Below are positions 1 to 9,082 of a stretch of DNA of 64,000 nt, one piece after another. How positions within the stretch are numbered: position 1 is the first letter of the stretch; each line of letters begins with the position of its first letter. The translations under genes were made by a program, and so were the position numbers. The DNA lies in assembly GCA_965277805.1 (NCBI GenBank), contig OZ255842.1, positions 1,760,001 through 1,824,000 on the forward strand. Reading direction: 5' to 3'. The notes under the pieces were generated by a model. The model was not told the origin of the DNA and made no database searches. It saw nothing but the letters and a program-made list of their open reading frames with translations. The stretch is from Candidatus Lustribacter sp. Its GTDB lineage: Bacteria > Vulcanimicrobiota > Vulcanimicrobiia > Vulcanimicrobiales > Vulcanimicrobiaceae.

Positions 1-843
1 TTGCGCGGACACGTAACGGGGAAGCCCGGCATAGTCCGTACCGATTGTGACGCTCGTCCGGGGAAATGCGGCCTCGACCAGCGCCGCCAGCGGCTCGATC
101 GTTCCGGGCGCCGCCTCGAAGAAGACGCTCGCCTGGGGCGCCAGGAGCGCGGGCAGTTGCGCGATCAGCCGGCGATAGAGATCGAGGCCGTCCGCACCGC
201 CGTCGAGGGCGAGGCGCGGCTCGAACCCGACCGGGTCGGGCGCGACCGGAATCGCGGCCGTCGGGACGTACGGCAAATTGGCCACCAGCGCATCGAACGG
301 CGCGAACTTCACCAGCGGTTGCGCGAGATCTCCGTGCAGAAACGTACACTGCTGGAACACGTTGTTGCGCGCGGCATTGCGGCGCGCAACGTCGATCGCG
401 CCCGGCGAAATGTCGGTGCCGAAGACCCATGCATCCGGCAATTCCATCGCGATCGCGATCGCGATTGCGCCGCTGCCGGTACCGATGTCGGCGATGCGTC
501 CGCCGGTCGTTCCGGCGCTGCGCAGCGCGCCCAGCGCCGCCTCGACGATGTGCTCCGTCTCCGGCCGCGGCACGAGCACGCGCTCGTCGACCGCGAAGGT
601 GCGGCCGTAGAAGCCGGCATCACCGGTAATATATGGGATCGGCACGCCCGCGAGGCGCCGTTCCACGGCCCGCGTGAAGGCCGCTTCTTCGGCCGGGGTC
701 AACGCGCGGCCGTCGTCGGTGATGAAACTCGTGCGCGGCGCGCCGGTGACGTATTCCAGCAGCAGGGCGGCGTCGAAGCGGCCCGTGCCGCCGGCGGCCT
801 CGAGGCGCCGGCTGGTTTCCCGCAGCGCCTCGGCAACCGTCAT
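1..843 (-). CDS. prmC: Release factor glutamine methyltransferase PrmC/HemK (3' end runs off the window)
   Basis: Not in the ORF track because it has no stop in the window. Manual translation from ATG 843 gives MTVAEALRETSRRLEAAGG...GVPIPYITGDAGFYG...VLVPRPETE...ADIGTGSGAIA...VANLPYV...FEPRLALDGGADGL. ATGA overlap with the prfA stop. Confidence 0.95.
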   Translation of the reverse strand, partial: MTVAEALRETSRRLEAAGGTGRFDAALLLEYVTGAPRTSFITDDGRALTPAEEAAFTRAVERRLAGVPIPYITGDAGFYGRTFAVDERVLVPRPETEHIVEAALGALRSAGTTGGRIADIGTGSGAIAIAIAMELPDAWVFGTDISPGAIDVARRNAARNNVFQQCTFLHGDLAQPLVKFAPFDALVANLPYVPTAAIPVAPDPVGFEPRLALDGGADGLDLYRRLIAQLPALLAPQASVFFEAAPGTIEPLAALVEAAFPRTSVTIGTDYAGLPRYVSAQ

Positions 844-1928
844 GCCGCCGTCGTTTCTCCGGCCAGCAAGCGTGCGCGCTCGTCGGTTTGCAATTCGGTG
901 ACCAGACGGTCCATGTCGCCGTCGAGGATCGCCTTGATGTTCTGGAAGTTCTGATTGATGCGATGATCGGTGATGCGGTCTTGCGGATAGTTGTACGTGC
1001 GGATCTTCTCGCTGCGGTCGCCGGTGCCGACTTGGCTGCGGCGCAGCGAGCCGACGGCTTCTTCCGCCTCGCGCCGTTTGCGGTCGGCGAGCTGCGCGCG
1101 CAGCATGTCCATCGCGCGGGTGCGGTTCTGCAACTGCGAGCGTTCTTCCGAACACGAGACGATGATGCCCGACGGCACGTGGGTGATGCGGATCGCCGAC
1201 TCGGTCTTGTTGACGTGCTGGCCGCCCGCGCCGGATGCTTTGAAGGTGTCGATTTCGAGATCTTTGGGATTGATCTGCACGTCGGCATCGTCTTCCGCGA
1301 CTTCGGGCAGCACGGCGACCGTGGCAGTCGAGGTGTGCACGCGGCCGGCCGATTCCGTCACCGGAACGCGCTGCACGCGGTGCACGCCGCTCTCGAATTT
1401 GAAGTACCGGTAGGGCTCGCCGCCCTTCACCGAGATCACGGCCTCTTTGTAGCCGCCGGCCTCGTTCTCGTTTTCCGAGAGCAGCTCGACGCGCATCTTA
1501 CGGTTCTCGGCGAAGCGCGTGTACATGCGGAGCAAGTCGCCCGCAAAAATCCCCGCTTCATCACCGCCGGCGCCGGCGCGCACTTCGATGAAGATGTCCT
1601 TGTCGTCGTTGGGATCGCGCGGCAGCATCAGTTCTTGCAGATGCTCTTCGAGCGGCTTGCGCCGCGCGCGCAGGCTTTCGAGTTCTTCCTGCGCCATCGC
1701 CGCCAGTTCCGGATCGCTCGCGTCGGCCGCCAGCGCCTCGTTCTCGGCGATCTCGCGCAGCAGGTTGCGCACGGCCCGGAACGCGTTGACCGTTTCTTCG
1801 ATCTGCGAGCGCTCTTTCATGAGCGCGGTAAAGCGCGACTGATCGAAGCTGCCGCCGGGATTGGCTAACGCCGCTTCGATTTCGTCGAATCGTTGGGAGA
1901 GGGTCTCTAGACGATCGGTGTACTGCAT
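840..1928 (-). CDS. prfA: Peptide chain release factor 1
   Basis: GGQ motif (ASGAGGQHVNKTESA), PxT motif (RVQRVPVTE), RSEKIRTYNYPQ. Confidence 0.98.
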   Translation of the reverse strand: MQYTDRLETLSQRFDEIEAALANPGGSFDQSRFTALMKERSQIEETVNAFRAVRNLLREIAENEALAADASDPELAAMAQEELESLRARRKPLEEHLQELMLPRDPNDDKDIFIEVRAGAGGDEAGIFAGDLLRMYTRFAENRKMRVELLSENENEAGGYKEAVISVKGGEPYRYFKFESGVHRVQRVPVTESAGRVHTSTATVAVLPEVAEDDADVQINPKDLEIDTFKASGAGGQHVNKTESAIRITHVPSGIIVSCSEERSQLQNRTRAMDMLRAQLADRKRREAEEAVGSLRRSQVGTGDRSEKIRTYNYPQDRITDHRINQNFQNIKAILDGDMDRLVTELQTDERARLLAGETTAA

Positions 1929-1959
1929 GGTAACTGCGCCTTTGAACTTTCGCCGCGAG

Positions 1960-1992
1960 CAAACGAAAAGCGAGCCGCATTAGCGACTCGCT
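1960..1992 (-). terminator. Intrinsic terminator downstream of rpmE
   Basis: Minus strand AGCGAGTCGC-TAAT-GCGGCTCGCT (10-bp stem with one G-U pair) followed by TTTCGTTT. Confidence 0.7.
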
Positions 1993-2012
1993 CTAGGATC
2001 GTGCCTGCCTCG

Positions 2013-2288
2013 CTAAGCGGTGGCGGCGGTCGTCTCGTCGGCGGCTTTCTTGGCCTTGCGCGCCTTGGCTTCGGCTTGCTTGACTTGTGCCTGAGCAACC
2101 CGCTGGTTGAACTTGTCGACGCGGCCGGCAGTGTCGAGGAACTTCTGCTGACCCGTATAGAGCGGATGGCAGTTCGAACAGACTTCGACGGCGATTTGGG
2201 GGAGGGTGGAGCCCGTCGTGAACTGAGCGCCGCAGGCACACGTTACCTTGGCGTCAGTAAACCACTTGGGATGGATCTTCGATTTCAC
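2013..2288 (-). CDS. rpmE: 50S ribosomal protein L31 (Zn-binding type)
   Basis: [13 protein letters not shown] and [10 protein letters not shown] Zn ligands, [15 protein letters not shown] upstream of the GTG start. Confidence 0.97.
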   Translation of the reverse strand: MKSKIHPKWFTDAKVTCACGAQFTTGSTLPQIAVEVCSNCHPLYTGQQKFLDTAGRVDKFNQRVAQAQVKQAEAKARKAKKAADETTAATA

Positions 2289-2297
2289 AGTCCTCCG

Positions 2298-2306
2298 ATT
2301 ATATCA
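2298..2306 (-). promoter_or_regulatory. Extended -10 promoter (TGnTATAAT) for rpmE
   Basis: Minus strand TGATATAAT, 9 nt upstream of the GTG start. Confidence 0.55.
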
Positions 2307-2439
2307 TCGGTGGCAAGGGGGTGGGGTCCGGGTGGCATAACTTTCTGCGGTTCGTCAAAGCGAACCAGCTCGGCCGCAGGCCAAACGCAAAGCTGCGAGC
2401 GCAGCGAGCATCCATAGTTGTTCGGGAGAAGCATACCAG

Positions 2440-3006
2440 GTGAATTTCAGTCGTCTCCGCCTCGGCATCGGCCTCGCGGTCATCCTCGGGATCGCTACCG
2501 CCGCCGGGCTCGCGCCGAACGTATCGGACGCGCAAACGCCCGCGCCGGTCCTCACCCCGGTGCCGAGCCCGAGCCCGAGCCCAAGCCCATCCGGCGGCCC
2601 GCGCCGGGGCCGGCGTGCGGCTCCGTCCGGCTCTCCTAGCCCGAACGCCTCGCCGTCCGACACGCCCGAACCGCCGCAGTTCACCACCCTGGACGGCATC
2701 TGGGAAGTGGAAGGGCAGCCGATCGGCAAGCGCTTGGCAACCTACACGCATCTGAGCATCAACACGACCGGCGCCGACATCAACGGCTACTATCAAGCCG
2801 GCGGCAAGAACGCGCCCAAGTATCCGATGACGGGCACGTTCGACGGCCGCTTGATCACGATGAGCGTCAACATGCCCAACGGCAAGACCATGACGTTCAA
2901 CGGCTACGTTGAGACCTTCGCCGACATGGTCGGGTTGTACAAGACGGGCGATGCGGATCCGGGCACGGCCTTCACCGCGCAGCATCGCAAGAAAATGAAG
3001 AACTGA
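2440..3006 (+). CDS. Hypothetical secreted protein with Pro/Ser linker and small beta-rich domain
   Basis: N-terminal signal peptide, PSPSPSPSPS tract, host-like codon usage, TGATG coupling to the next gene. Confidence 0.8.
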   Translation: MNFSRLRLGIGLAVILGIATAAGLAPNVSDAQTPAPVLTPVPSPSPSPSPSGGPRRGRRAAPSGSPSPNASPSDTPEPPQFTTLDGIWEVEGQPIGKRLATYTHLSINTTGADINGYYQAGGKNAPKYPMTGTFDGRLITMSVNMPNGKTMTFNGYVETFADMVGLYKTGDADPGTAFTAQHRKKMKN

Positions 3007-3428
3007 TGATCCTCAGCACCGACGCGGCGATCAAAGAACTGCTCGAACGCTCGAAGACGGTGGCGGTCGTCGGCGCGTCGGCAAACGCAGCGCGGCCGAG
3101 CAACGACGTCTTCCGGCAAATCGTGCGCGGCGGCCGCTATGCGGCGGCGCCGATCAATCCGGCGATCGCGGAAATCGACGGGATCGCCGCCTTCCCCGAT
3201 CTCGCGGCGTACGCGGCCAAAAACGGCGGACCCGACATCGTCGACGTGTTCCGCAATCCGGACGACGCGCCGGAAGTGACGCGCGAGGCCATCGCAGCCG
3301 GTGCGAAATCGATCTGGTTCCAACTCGGCGTCGTCAACAACGATGCGATCGCAGCCGCCGATGCGGCCGGCCTCGACGTCGTAGCCGATCGCTGCCTCAA
3401 GATCGAGATCGCCCGCCTCCTGCGGTGA
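3006..3428 (+). CDS. CoA-binding protein (YccU/YneT family)
   Basis: KTVAVVGAS, PINP, DIVDVFR, IWFQLGV, VVADRCLKIE. Confidence 0.9.
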   Translation: MILSTDAAIKELLERSKTVAVVGASANAARPSNDVFRQIVRGGRYAAAPINPAIAEIDGIAAFPDLAAYAAKNGGPDIVDVFRNPDDAPEVTREAIAAGAKSIWFQLGVVNNDAIAAADAAGLDVVADRCLKIEIARLLR

Positions 3429-4516
3429 GCGACGACTACCGCGCGCAGGCCGATGCGCTCGACGCGCGCATCCGGAACGCGATCGCGGCGTATGCACTCG
3501 ACGATGCCGCTTTCGACGCGCTGGCATGTGAGGTGTTCGCGCATCAGTTCCGCTGGAACGCACCGTACGCCGCCTACGCGCGCAGCCTCGGCATCACAGA
3601 ACGTTCGCTGCCGCGCACGATCGCGGCGATTCCGGCCGTTCCCGCGGCGGCATTCAAAGACGCCGCGTTCTCCACGGTCGCTCCCGAACGCGCCGCGCTG
3701 TGGTTCGAAACGAGCGGTACCACGCAAGCCCGCAGCGGCCGCCACTACTTGGAAACGCCGGCGCTGTACGAAGCCGCGCTCTTGGGCGGCTTCGATCGCG
3801 CGATGCTTGCCGACGGCGCGCAGCTGCGGTATGTCATGCTCGTGCCCGATCCGCGCGAACGCCCGCACTCATCGCTCGGCTACATGATGGCCACGGTTGC
3901 GCGCGAGCGCGGCGACGGCCGCGAGGGCTGGTACTTGCACGGCGACGCGCTCGACGTCGTGGGCTTGTGCCGCGACATCGAACGCGCCGATGCCGACGGC
4001 GCCCCGGTCTGCATCGCAACGACGGCCTTCGCGCTGCTCGCGCTGCTCGATGAACTCGATTCGTCCGGACGCACGTTGCCGTTGCCCACGGGCTCGCGCG
4101 TGATGGAGACGGGCGGCTTCAAGGGCCGCACGCGCGTCGTCGGGCGCGAAGAACTCTACGCGCGCGCCGCCGCGGCTTTCGCGATCGGCGTGCCGTCGAT
4201 CGTGGCCGAGTACGGCATGACCGAACTCTCGAGCCAGTACTACGACTCGCCGGGCTCACGCTGGTCGGCGCGGCGCATCAAGCAGCCCGTGCCGTGGCTG
4301 CGTCCGTTGATCGTCGATGTGATGGGGAAACCATTGCCGGACGGCATCGTCGGCGCGATCCGGCACATCGATTGCGCCAATCGCTCGTCGGTCGTCGCGA
4401 TCGACACCGAAGATCTCGGCGTCATCGCGCCCGAGGGATTGTTGCTGCTCGGACGTGAGGAAGGCGCCGCGCTGCGCGGCTGCTCGCTGGATGCCGAAGA
4501 CCTCCTGCGCCGATAG
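3425..4516 (+). CDS. LuxE-like acyl-protein synthetase
   Basis: FETSGTT P-loop, METGGFKG, EYGMTELSSQYY, DTEDLG, C-terminal LRGCSL with the acyl-acceptor Cys. Confidence 0.85.
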   Translation: MSDDYRAQADALDARIRNAIAAYALDDAAFDALACEVFAHQFRWNAPYAAYARSLGITERSLPRTIAAIPAVPAAAFKDAAFSTVAPERAALWFETSGTTQARSGRHYLETPALYEAALLGGFDRAMLADGAQLRYVMLVPDPRERPHSSLGYMMATVARERGDGREGWYLHGDALDVVGLCRDIERADADGAPVCIATTAFALLALLDELDSSGRTLPLPTGSRVMETGGFKGRTRVVGREELYARAAAAFAIGVPSIVAEYGMTELSSQYYDSPGSRWSARRIKQPVPWLRPLIVDVMGKPLPDGIVGAIRHIDCANRSSVVAIDTEDLGVIAPEGLLLLGREEGAALRGCSLDAEDLLRR

Positions 4517-5735
4517 CACCGGACTGCGCGCATTGCCGGCACGCGCGATCGTGCGCGCGATCGCGGATGCCGCCGAACGCTGGACCGATGCCGATTTTCC
4601 GCCGCGCGTGCGCGCGACCGCGGCGATTGAAGCGCGCCTCGGCTACACGACACCGGTCGTCGACTACGCGCTCGATCATCTTTTCGATGCGATCACGCCC
4701 GATGCCATCGTCGCCGCGATCGCGGGCGAGCTTGGCGCGCTCGACGCGCTCGACGGCTTTGCGGCAACGCCCGGGCGTCCGGCGGCGTGGGCGCGCGGTG
4801 CGGACGCGGTCACGATCGTATCGAGCGACACGACGATCGGCGTGGCGATCGCGCCGCTGGTCTTCGCGCTCTGCGCAAAGTGCGCGGTGACGGTGAAAGA
4901 TCGCGCCGACGCGCTGGTGGCGGCGTTCGTCGAAACGCTCGGCGAAGAGCGGCCGGAACTGCGCGCCGCAACCGACGTGCGCGCGTGGAGCGGCGGTGAT
5001 GAAGACATCGAAGCGCAGACGCTCGGCGCAGCCGACGTCGTGGTGGCATTCGGCGGACCCGATGCGCTGCGCGCCATCCGCGCACGCTGCGCGCCGGACG
5101 CGACCTTCGTGCCGTTCGGGCATCGCGCGAGCGCCGGTTACGTCACCGCCGCCGCACTCGCCGGCGACACCACCACGCTCGCGGCGGCCATCGCGCGCGA
5201 CGCGCTGCTCTACGACGGGGACGGCTGTCTGTCGCTGCATCTGCTCTTTGTCGAGCGCGCGCCGGACGGGGCTCACGAGCGCTTCGTCGATGCGCTGGCC
5301 GAAGCGTGCGCCGAAAACGCGATCGAGTTTCCGGCCGGACCGCGCAAGCCGGCGCGGGCGGCACGTGTCGGCGCGTACGCGGCGACGGCGGCCGTGCGCG
5401 CGGCCAACGGAGCGGGACGCGTGTTGCGCGCACCCGACGGCGCGTGGACGATCGTTGCCGATCCGCCCGCCGGCGAGCTGCCGCCGTTCGGCGGCGGCGT
5501 GATTCCGGTCGTGTTCGTCGACGGCATCGGCGCTGCGGCGGAGTACGTGCAACGGCATGCGCTGCCGCTGCAAGCGTTGGGCGTCGCGACGACCGAAGGC
5601 GCGCGCGAACTCGCCGAGGCGCTTGGGGCCGTGCGCGTTACCCCGTTCGGCCAGATGCAGAATCCGCCGCTCGCCGGCCATCACGGCGGCCGCGCGCGCA
5701 TTGCCGATTTCATCTGCTGGACCGATCGCGCGTGA
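4491..5735 (+). CDS. LuxC-like acyl-CoA/acyl-protein reductase (ALDH superfamily)
   Basis: ADVVVAFGG, FVPFGHRAS, LYDGDGCLS (catalytic Cys), RVTPFGQMQNP..HHGG; start ATG 4491 chosen over 4455. Confidence 0.85.
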   Translation: MPKTSCADSTGLRALPARAIVRAIADAAERWTDADFPPRVRATAAIEARLGYTTPVVDYALDHLFDAITPDAIVAAIAGELGALDALDGFAATPGRPAAWARGADAVTIVSSDTTIGVAIAPLVFALCAKCAVTVKDRADALVAAFVETLGEERPELRAATDVRAWSGGDEDIEAQTLGAADVVVAFGGPDALRAIRARCAPDATFVPFGHRASAGYVTAAALAGDTTTLAAAIARDALLYDGDGCLSLHLLFVERAPDGAHERFVDALAEACAENAIEFPAGPRKPARAARVGAYAATAAVRAANGAGRVLRAPDGAWTIVADPPAGELPPFGGGVIPVVFVDGIGAAAEYVQRHALPLQALGVATTEGARELAEALGAVRVTPFGQMQNPPLAGHHGGRARIADFICWTDRA

Positions 5736-7027
5736 CCGGCGAACGTTTCGAGCACATCGCCGGGCCGGTTCCCGGGCCGCGTTCGCGCGAGCTCAACGCG
5801 CTCGTCGCACAGTACGAAGCGCGCGGCGTCACCTATCTCGCCGACGACTACCCGATCGCCTGGGCGTCGGCACGCGGTGCGCTCGTCACCGATGCGGACG
5901 GCAATCGCTATCTCGACTTGACCGGAGCCTTCAGCGTGGCCGCGCTCGGTCACACGCATCCGGCCGTGACGCACGCGGTTACCGCGCAAGCGCACCAGCT
6001 CGTGCACGGCATGGGCGACGTCCATCCGACCGACGTCAAGGCGAAGCTGCTCGCGCGCCTCGCGGCCATTGCGCCGGGCGATTGTTCGAAAAGCTATTTC
6101 GGCTCGAACGGCGCCGACGCGATAGAATTTGCGCTGAAGACCGCGTTGCTCGCGACCGGACGTCCGCGCGTGCTCTCCTACCAGGGCGCGTATCACGGCC
6201 TGTCGCTCGGCGCGCTGCCGGTCAGCGGCATCGACCGCTTCCGTGAACCGTTTGCCGCGCTGATCGACGAGCGCGCAACGTTCATCCCGTTCCCCGGCGC
6301 CGGCGACTCCCTCGACGGCGCGCTGGCTGCCGCACGCCATGCGCTCGAGAGCGATGAACGCATCGGCGCGGTGGTGCTCGAACCGATTCAGGGCCGCGGC
6401 GGCGTGATCGTTCCGCCCGACGGCTTCTTGCCCGGCATCCGCGCGCTCTGCGATGAGTTCCGGTGCGTGATGATCCTCGATGAGATCTACACCGGTTACG
6501 GCCGCACCGGCACGATGTTTGCCTGCGAGCGCGAAGCAGTGGTTCCCGATATCCTGTGCATCGGCAAGGCGATCGCCGGCGGCGTACCGTTTTCGGCCGC
6601 CATCGGCCGCCCGGCGGTGATGGATGCCTGGCCGCGCAGCGAAGGCGAAGCGCTGCACACCGCCACGTTCCTCGGCAACCCGCTCGCCTGTGCCGCGGCG
6701 CTGGCGGTGCTCGATGCCTTCGAACGCGATGGGATCGTCGCCGGCGTTGCTCGCCGCGCGCCGCGGGTGCGCGAACTGCTCGCGCCGCTCGGGCGACATG
6801 CAACCGTTACCGGCGTGCGCGGCATCGGAATGCTCTGGGCCATCGAGTTCACGGACGCCGGCGTCGCGAATCGCGTCGTACGGGCCGGACTGCAGCGTGG
6901 GTTGATCCTGCTGCAGTCCGGCGTCGACGGAACGTCGATCACGCTGGCCCCGCCCCTGAACATCGCAGACGATCAATTCGAGCGCGCAATAGCGCTGCTC
7001 GACCGCACTATCGAGGAGACATCATGA
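5732..7027 (+). CDS. Class III PLP aminotransferase (GabT/ArgD-like)
   Basis: DADGNRYLD, YHG, EPIQGRGG, DEIYTGYGRTG, GKAIAGG, TFLGNP; GTGA overlap with the luxC-like stop. Confidence 0.93.
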   Translation: MTGERFEHIAGPVPGPRSRELNALVAQYEARGVTYLADDYPIAWASARGALVTDADGNRYLDLTGAFSVAALGHTHPAVTHAVTAQAHQLVHGMGDVHPTDVKAKLLARLAAIAPGDCSKSYFGSNGADAIEFALKTALLATGRPRVLSYQGAYHGLSLGALPVSGIDRFREPFAALIDERATFIPFPGAGDSLDGALAAARHALESDERIGAVVLEPIQGRGGVIVPPDGFLPGIRALCDEFRCVMILDEIYTGYGRTGTMFACEREAVVPDILCIGKAIAGGVPFSAAIGRPAVMDAWPRSEGEALHTATFLGNPLACAAALAVLDAFERDGIVAGVARRAPRVRELLAPLGRHATVTGVRGIGMLWAIEFTDAGVANRVVRAGLQRGLILLQSGVDGTSITLAPPLNIADDQFERAIALLDRTIEETS

Positions 7028-8064
7028 CACCCTATCGCGTCGGTATCGTCGGCAGCGGCTTCGGCGGCCGCGTGCACGCCCCGGGATTCTCGCTGCACCC
7101 GCAATTCGACCCGGTCGCGATCGCGTCACCGAACAACGCGCAAAAGGTCGCGACCGAACGCAAGATACCGCACGCGTTCCCGTCACTCGATGCGATGCTC
7201 GACAAAATGGGCGCGGAGATCGACGTCATCTCGATCGCCTCGCCGCCGTTCGAACACCACAAAGCCGTGATGACCGCGATCGCCGCGGGCAAGCACGTGC
7301 TCTGCGAAAAGCCGGTCAGCACGCGCTTGGCCGAGGCCGAAGAGATGACGGACGCGGCGGCCAAGGCCGGCATCGCCAACGCGATCACGTTCGAGTACCG
7401 CTACAACCCGGCGCTGCAAGCGCTCAAAGAACTGATCGTCAACGATCATATGCCGAAGCTGCGGCTGATCGAAGTGACGCGCTTCGGGCGCGACATGAAG
7501 GCCGACAACGCGCGGCCGCCGTCGTCGTGGTGGTACGACAAGAGCAAAGGCGGCGGTCTCGGCAACGCCTTCATGCCGCATATCGTCGACCTCGCTCTGT
7601 GGCTTGCCGGGAGCGGTGCCAAATCGACGGCCGGATTCATGCGGACGGCCAATCCCGTGCGCACCGCGCCCGACGGCAGCACCTATCCGAGCAACGTCGC
7701 CGACGGCTGCTACGCGCTCTCCGACTTGGGCAACGGCATCGTGGCGCAGATGAAAGTCGACGGCACGATGTCGATGGACCAATCGACCGTCGCCGTCCAC
7801 TCCGAAGCACGAACGGCCGTGGCGAGCGGTCCCGCGTTGACCGATTTCACGCTCTACATCGTCGACGGCGACGATTCGAGCGAGTACGAACTCAAGCCGA
7901 TGAAATACGCGAAGTACGCGAACATCTTCTATAGCATCCCGCACTTCATGGCGCTGCTCGACGATTTCGCCGAACGCATCGCGACCGGCGGGGGCAACTG
8001 TCCGGACTTCGCCGACGGCCTCGCCGCGCAACGCGTCCTCCACGCCATCGGCTACGAAGCCTAA
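7024..8064 (+). CDS. Gfo/Idh/MocA family oxidoreductase
   Basis: VGIVGSGFGG, GKHVLCEKP, GGGLGNAFMPHIVD; ATGA overlap and GAGGAG RBS. Confidence 0.92.
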   Translation: MTPYRVGIVGSGFGGRVHAPGFSLHPQFDPVAIASPNNAQKVATERKIPHAFPSLDAMLDKMGAEIDVISIASPPFEHHKAVMTAIAAGKHVLCEKPVSTRLAEAEEMTDAAAKAGIANAITFEYRYNPALQALKELIVNDHMPKLRLIEVTRFGRDMKADNARPPSSWWYDKSKGGGLGNAFMPHIVDLALWLAGSGAKSTAGFMRTANPVRTAPDGSTYPSNVADGCYALSDLGNGIVAQMKVDGTMSMDQSTVAVHSEARTAVASGPALTDFTLYIVDGDDSSEYELKPMKYAKYANIFYSIPHFMALLDDFAERIATGGGNCPDFADGLAAQRVLHAIGYEA

Positions 8065-8069
8065 CGCCG

Positions 8070-8888
8070 GTGGCAGCGGGGCCCGAGAGCAGCGCGGAAC
8101 GCGTCGCCTTGTGGCGCGCGCTGCACGTGCAAATCGACGCGTCGCCGCACGTGATCGACGATGAGGTCGGGCTGCGTCTGATCGATCCGCCGGCCGGCTG
8201 GCAGCAACGTCCTGATATGGACCCCGAAGGCACCCGCACCTTCCGCACCTCGATCGTCGCCCGCGCGCGCTTCATCGAAGACCTCGTCGTTGCGGAACGG
8301 GCGAAGGGCGTCGACCAGTACGTGATCCTCGGCGCGGGCCTCGACACGTTCGTCCAGCGCTGCCCCGAGGTCGCTTCCGCGATGCACGTCTACGAAGTCG
8401 ATCAGCCCGACCCGCAGACGTGGAAACAACAACGGCTGATCGAACTCGGTTACGGCATCCCCGGTCGGCTGCACTTCGTCCCGGTCAACTTTGAACAAGA
8501 CCAATGGTGGGAACGCCTCGCGCAAGCGGGCTTCGACGCGAGACGCCCCGCAGTCGTAGCCGCAACCGGCCTCAGCCTCTATCTCACCAAAGAAGCAAAC
8601 TTGGATTTGCTGCGACGAATCGCAACATTCGCACCAGGCTCAACGCTCGCGTTCACGTTCATCCTGCCGGCCGAAGTTCCGGATGATGTCAAGAAAGCAG
8701 CGCGCGCGTCCGGAACCCCGTTCCTCAGCGCCTTCACCCCATCCGAAATGCTCGACCTCGGCCGCGAAGCCGGTTTCCGCGACGTCCAGTGCGTCCTCGG
8801 CGACGACCTCGCCGAACGCTACTTCACCAACCGCACCGACAACCTGCGCCCCTCAAACGGCGAAGCCTTCCTCATCGCCAACACCTGA
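8070..8888 (+). CDS. SAM-dependent methyltransferase (LCM/YktD-like)
   Basis: RARFIED, QYVILGAGLDT, VYEVDQP, FVPVNF. Confidence 0.9.
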   Translation: MAAGPESSAERVALWRALHVQIDASPHVIDDEVGLRLIDPPAGWQQRPDMDPEGTRTFRTSIVARARFIEDLVVAERAKGVDQYVILGAGLDTFVQRCPEVASAMHVYEVDQPDPQTWKQQRLIELGYGIPGRLHFVPVNFEQDQWWERLAQAGFDARRPAVVAATGLSLYLTKEANLDLLRRIATFAPGSTLAFTFILPAEVPDDVKKAARASGTPFLSAFTPSEMLDLGREAGFRDVQCVLGDDLAERYFTNRTDNLRPSNGEAFLIANT

Positions 8889-8889
8889 C

Positions 8890-9049
8890 GTCATCCCGAG
8901 CAACGTGCCGACGGCACGTCGTCGAGGGGCCGCCACGATCTCCACTATCGAGTGCGAGCCCGAAGGCGTGAGCAGTGCGGTCGCACGCGAATACGAAGAT
9001 GCTCTCCGATTCCTCGCCTGCGTGCCTTCGGCACTTCGCTCGGAATGAC
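8890..9049. repeat. Composite REP-like palindromic element between convergent genes
   Basis: Terminal inverted repeat GTCATCCCGAGC (8890-8901) / GCTCGGAATGAC (9038-9049), 11 of 12 matching; each arm has an internal GTGCC..GGCAC hairpin; a related half-copy lies at 34936-34965. Confidence 0.75.
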
Positions 9050-9082
9050 AAAGCGCAACACACCATAACGGCCGAGTCTGTA

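Noticed and set aside
1-954. 317-aa plus-strand ORF in the track
   Set aside because: Antisense shadow of prmC/prfA, typical of high-GC DNA; no motifs
2362-2412. GCGAGCGCAGCGAGCA and GGCCGCAGGCC, possible REP remnant
   Set aside because: Too short, and no second copy in the window
2557-2592. CCGAGC tandem repeat
   Set aside because: Encodes an in-frame Pro-Ser linker; not CRISPR or a clear contingency locus
3425-5735. Bioluminescence operon
   Set aside because: No luxA, luxB or luxD in the window
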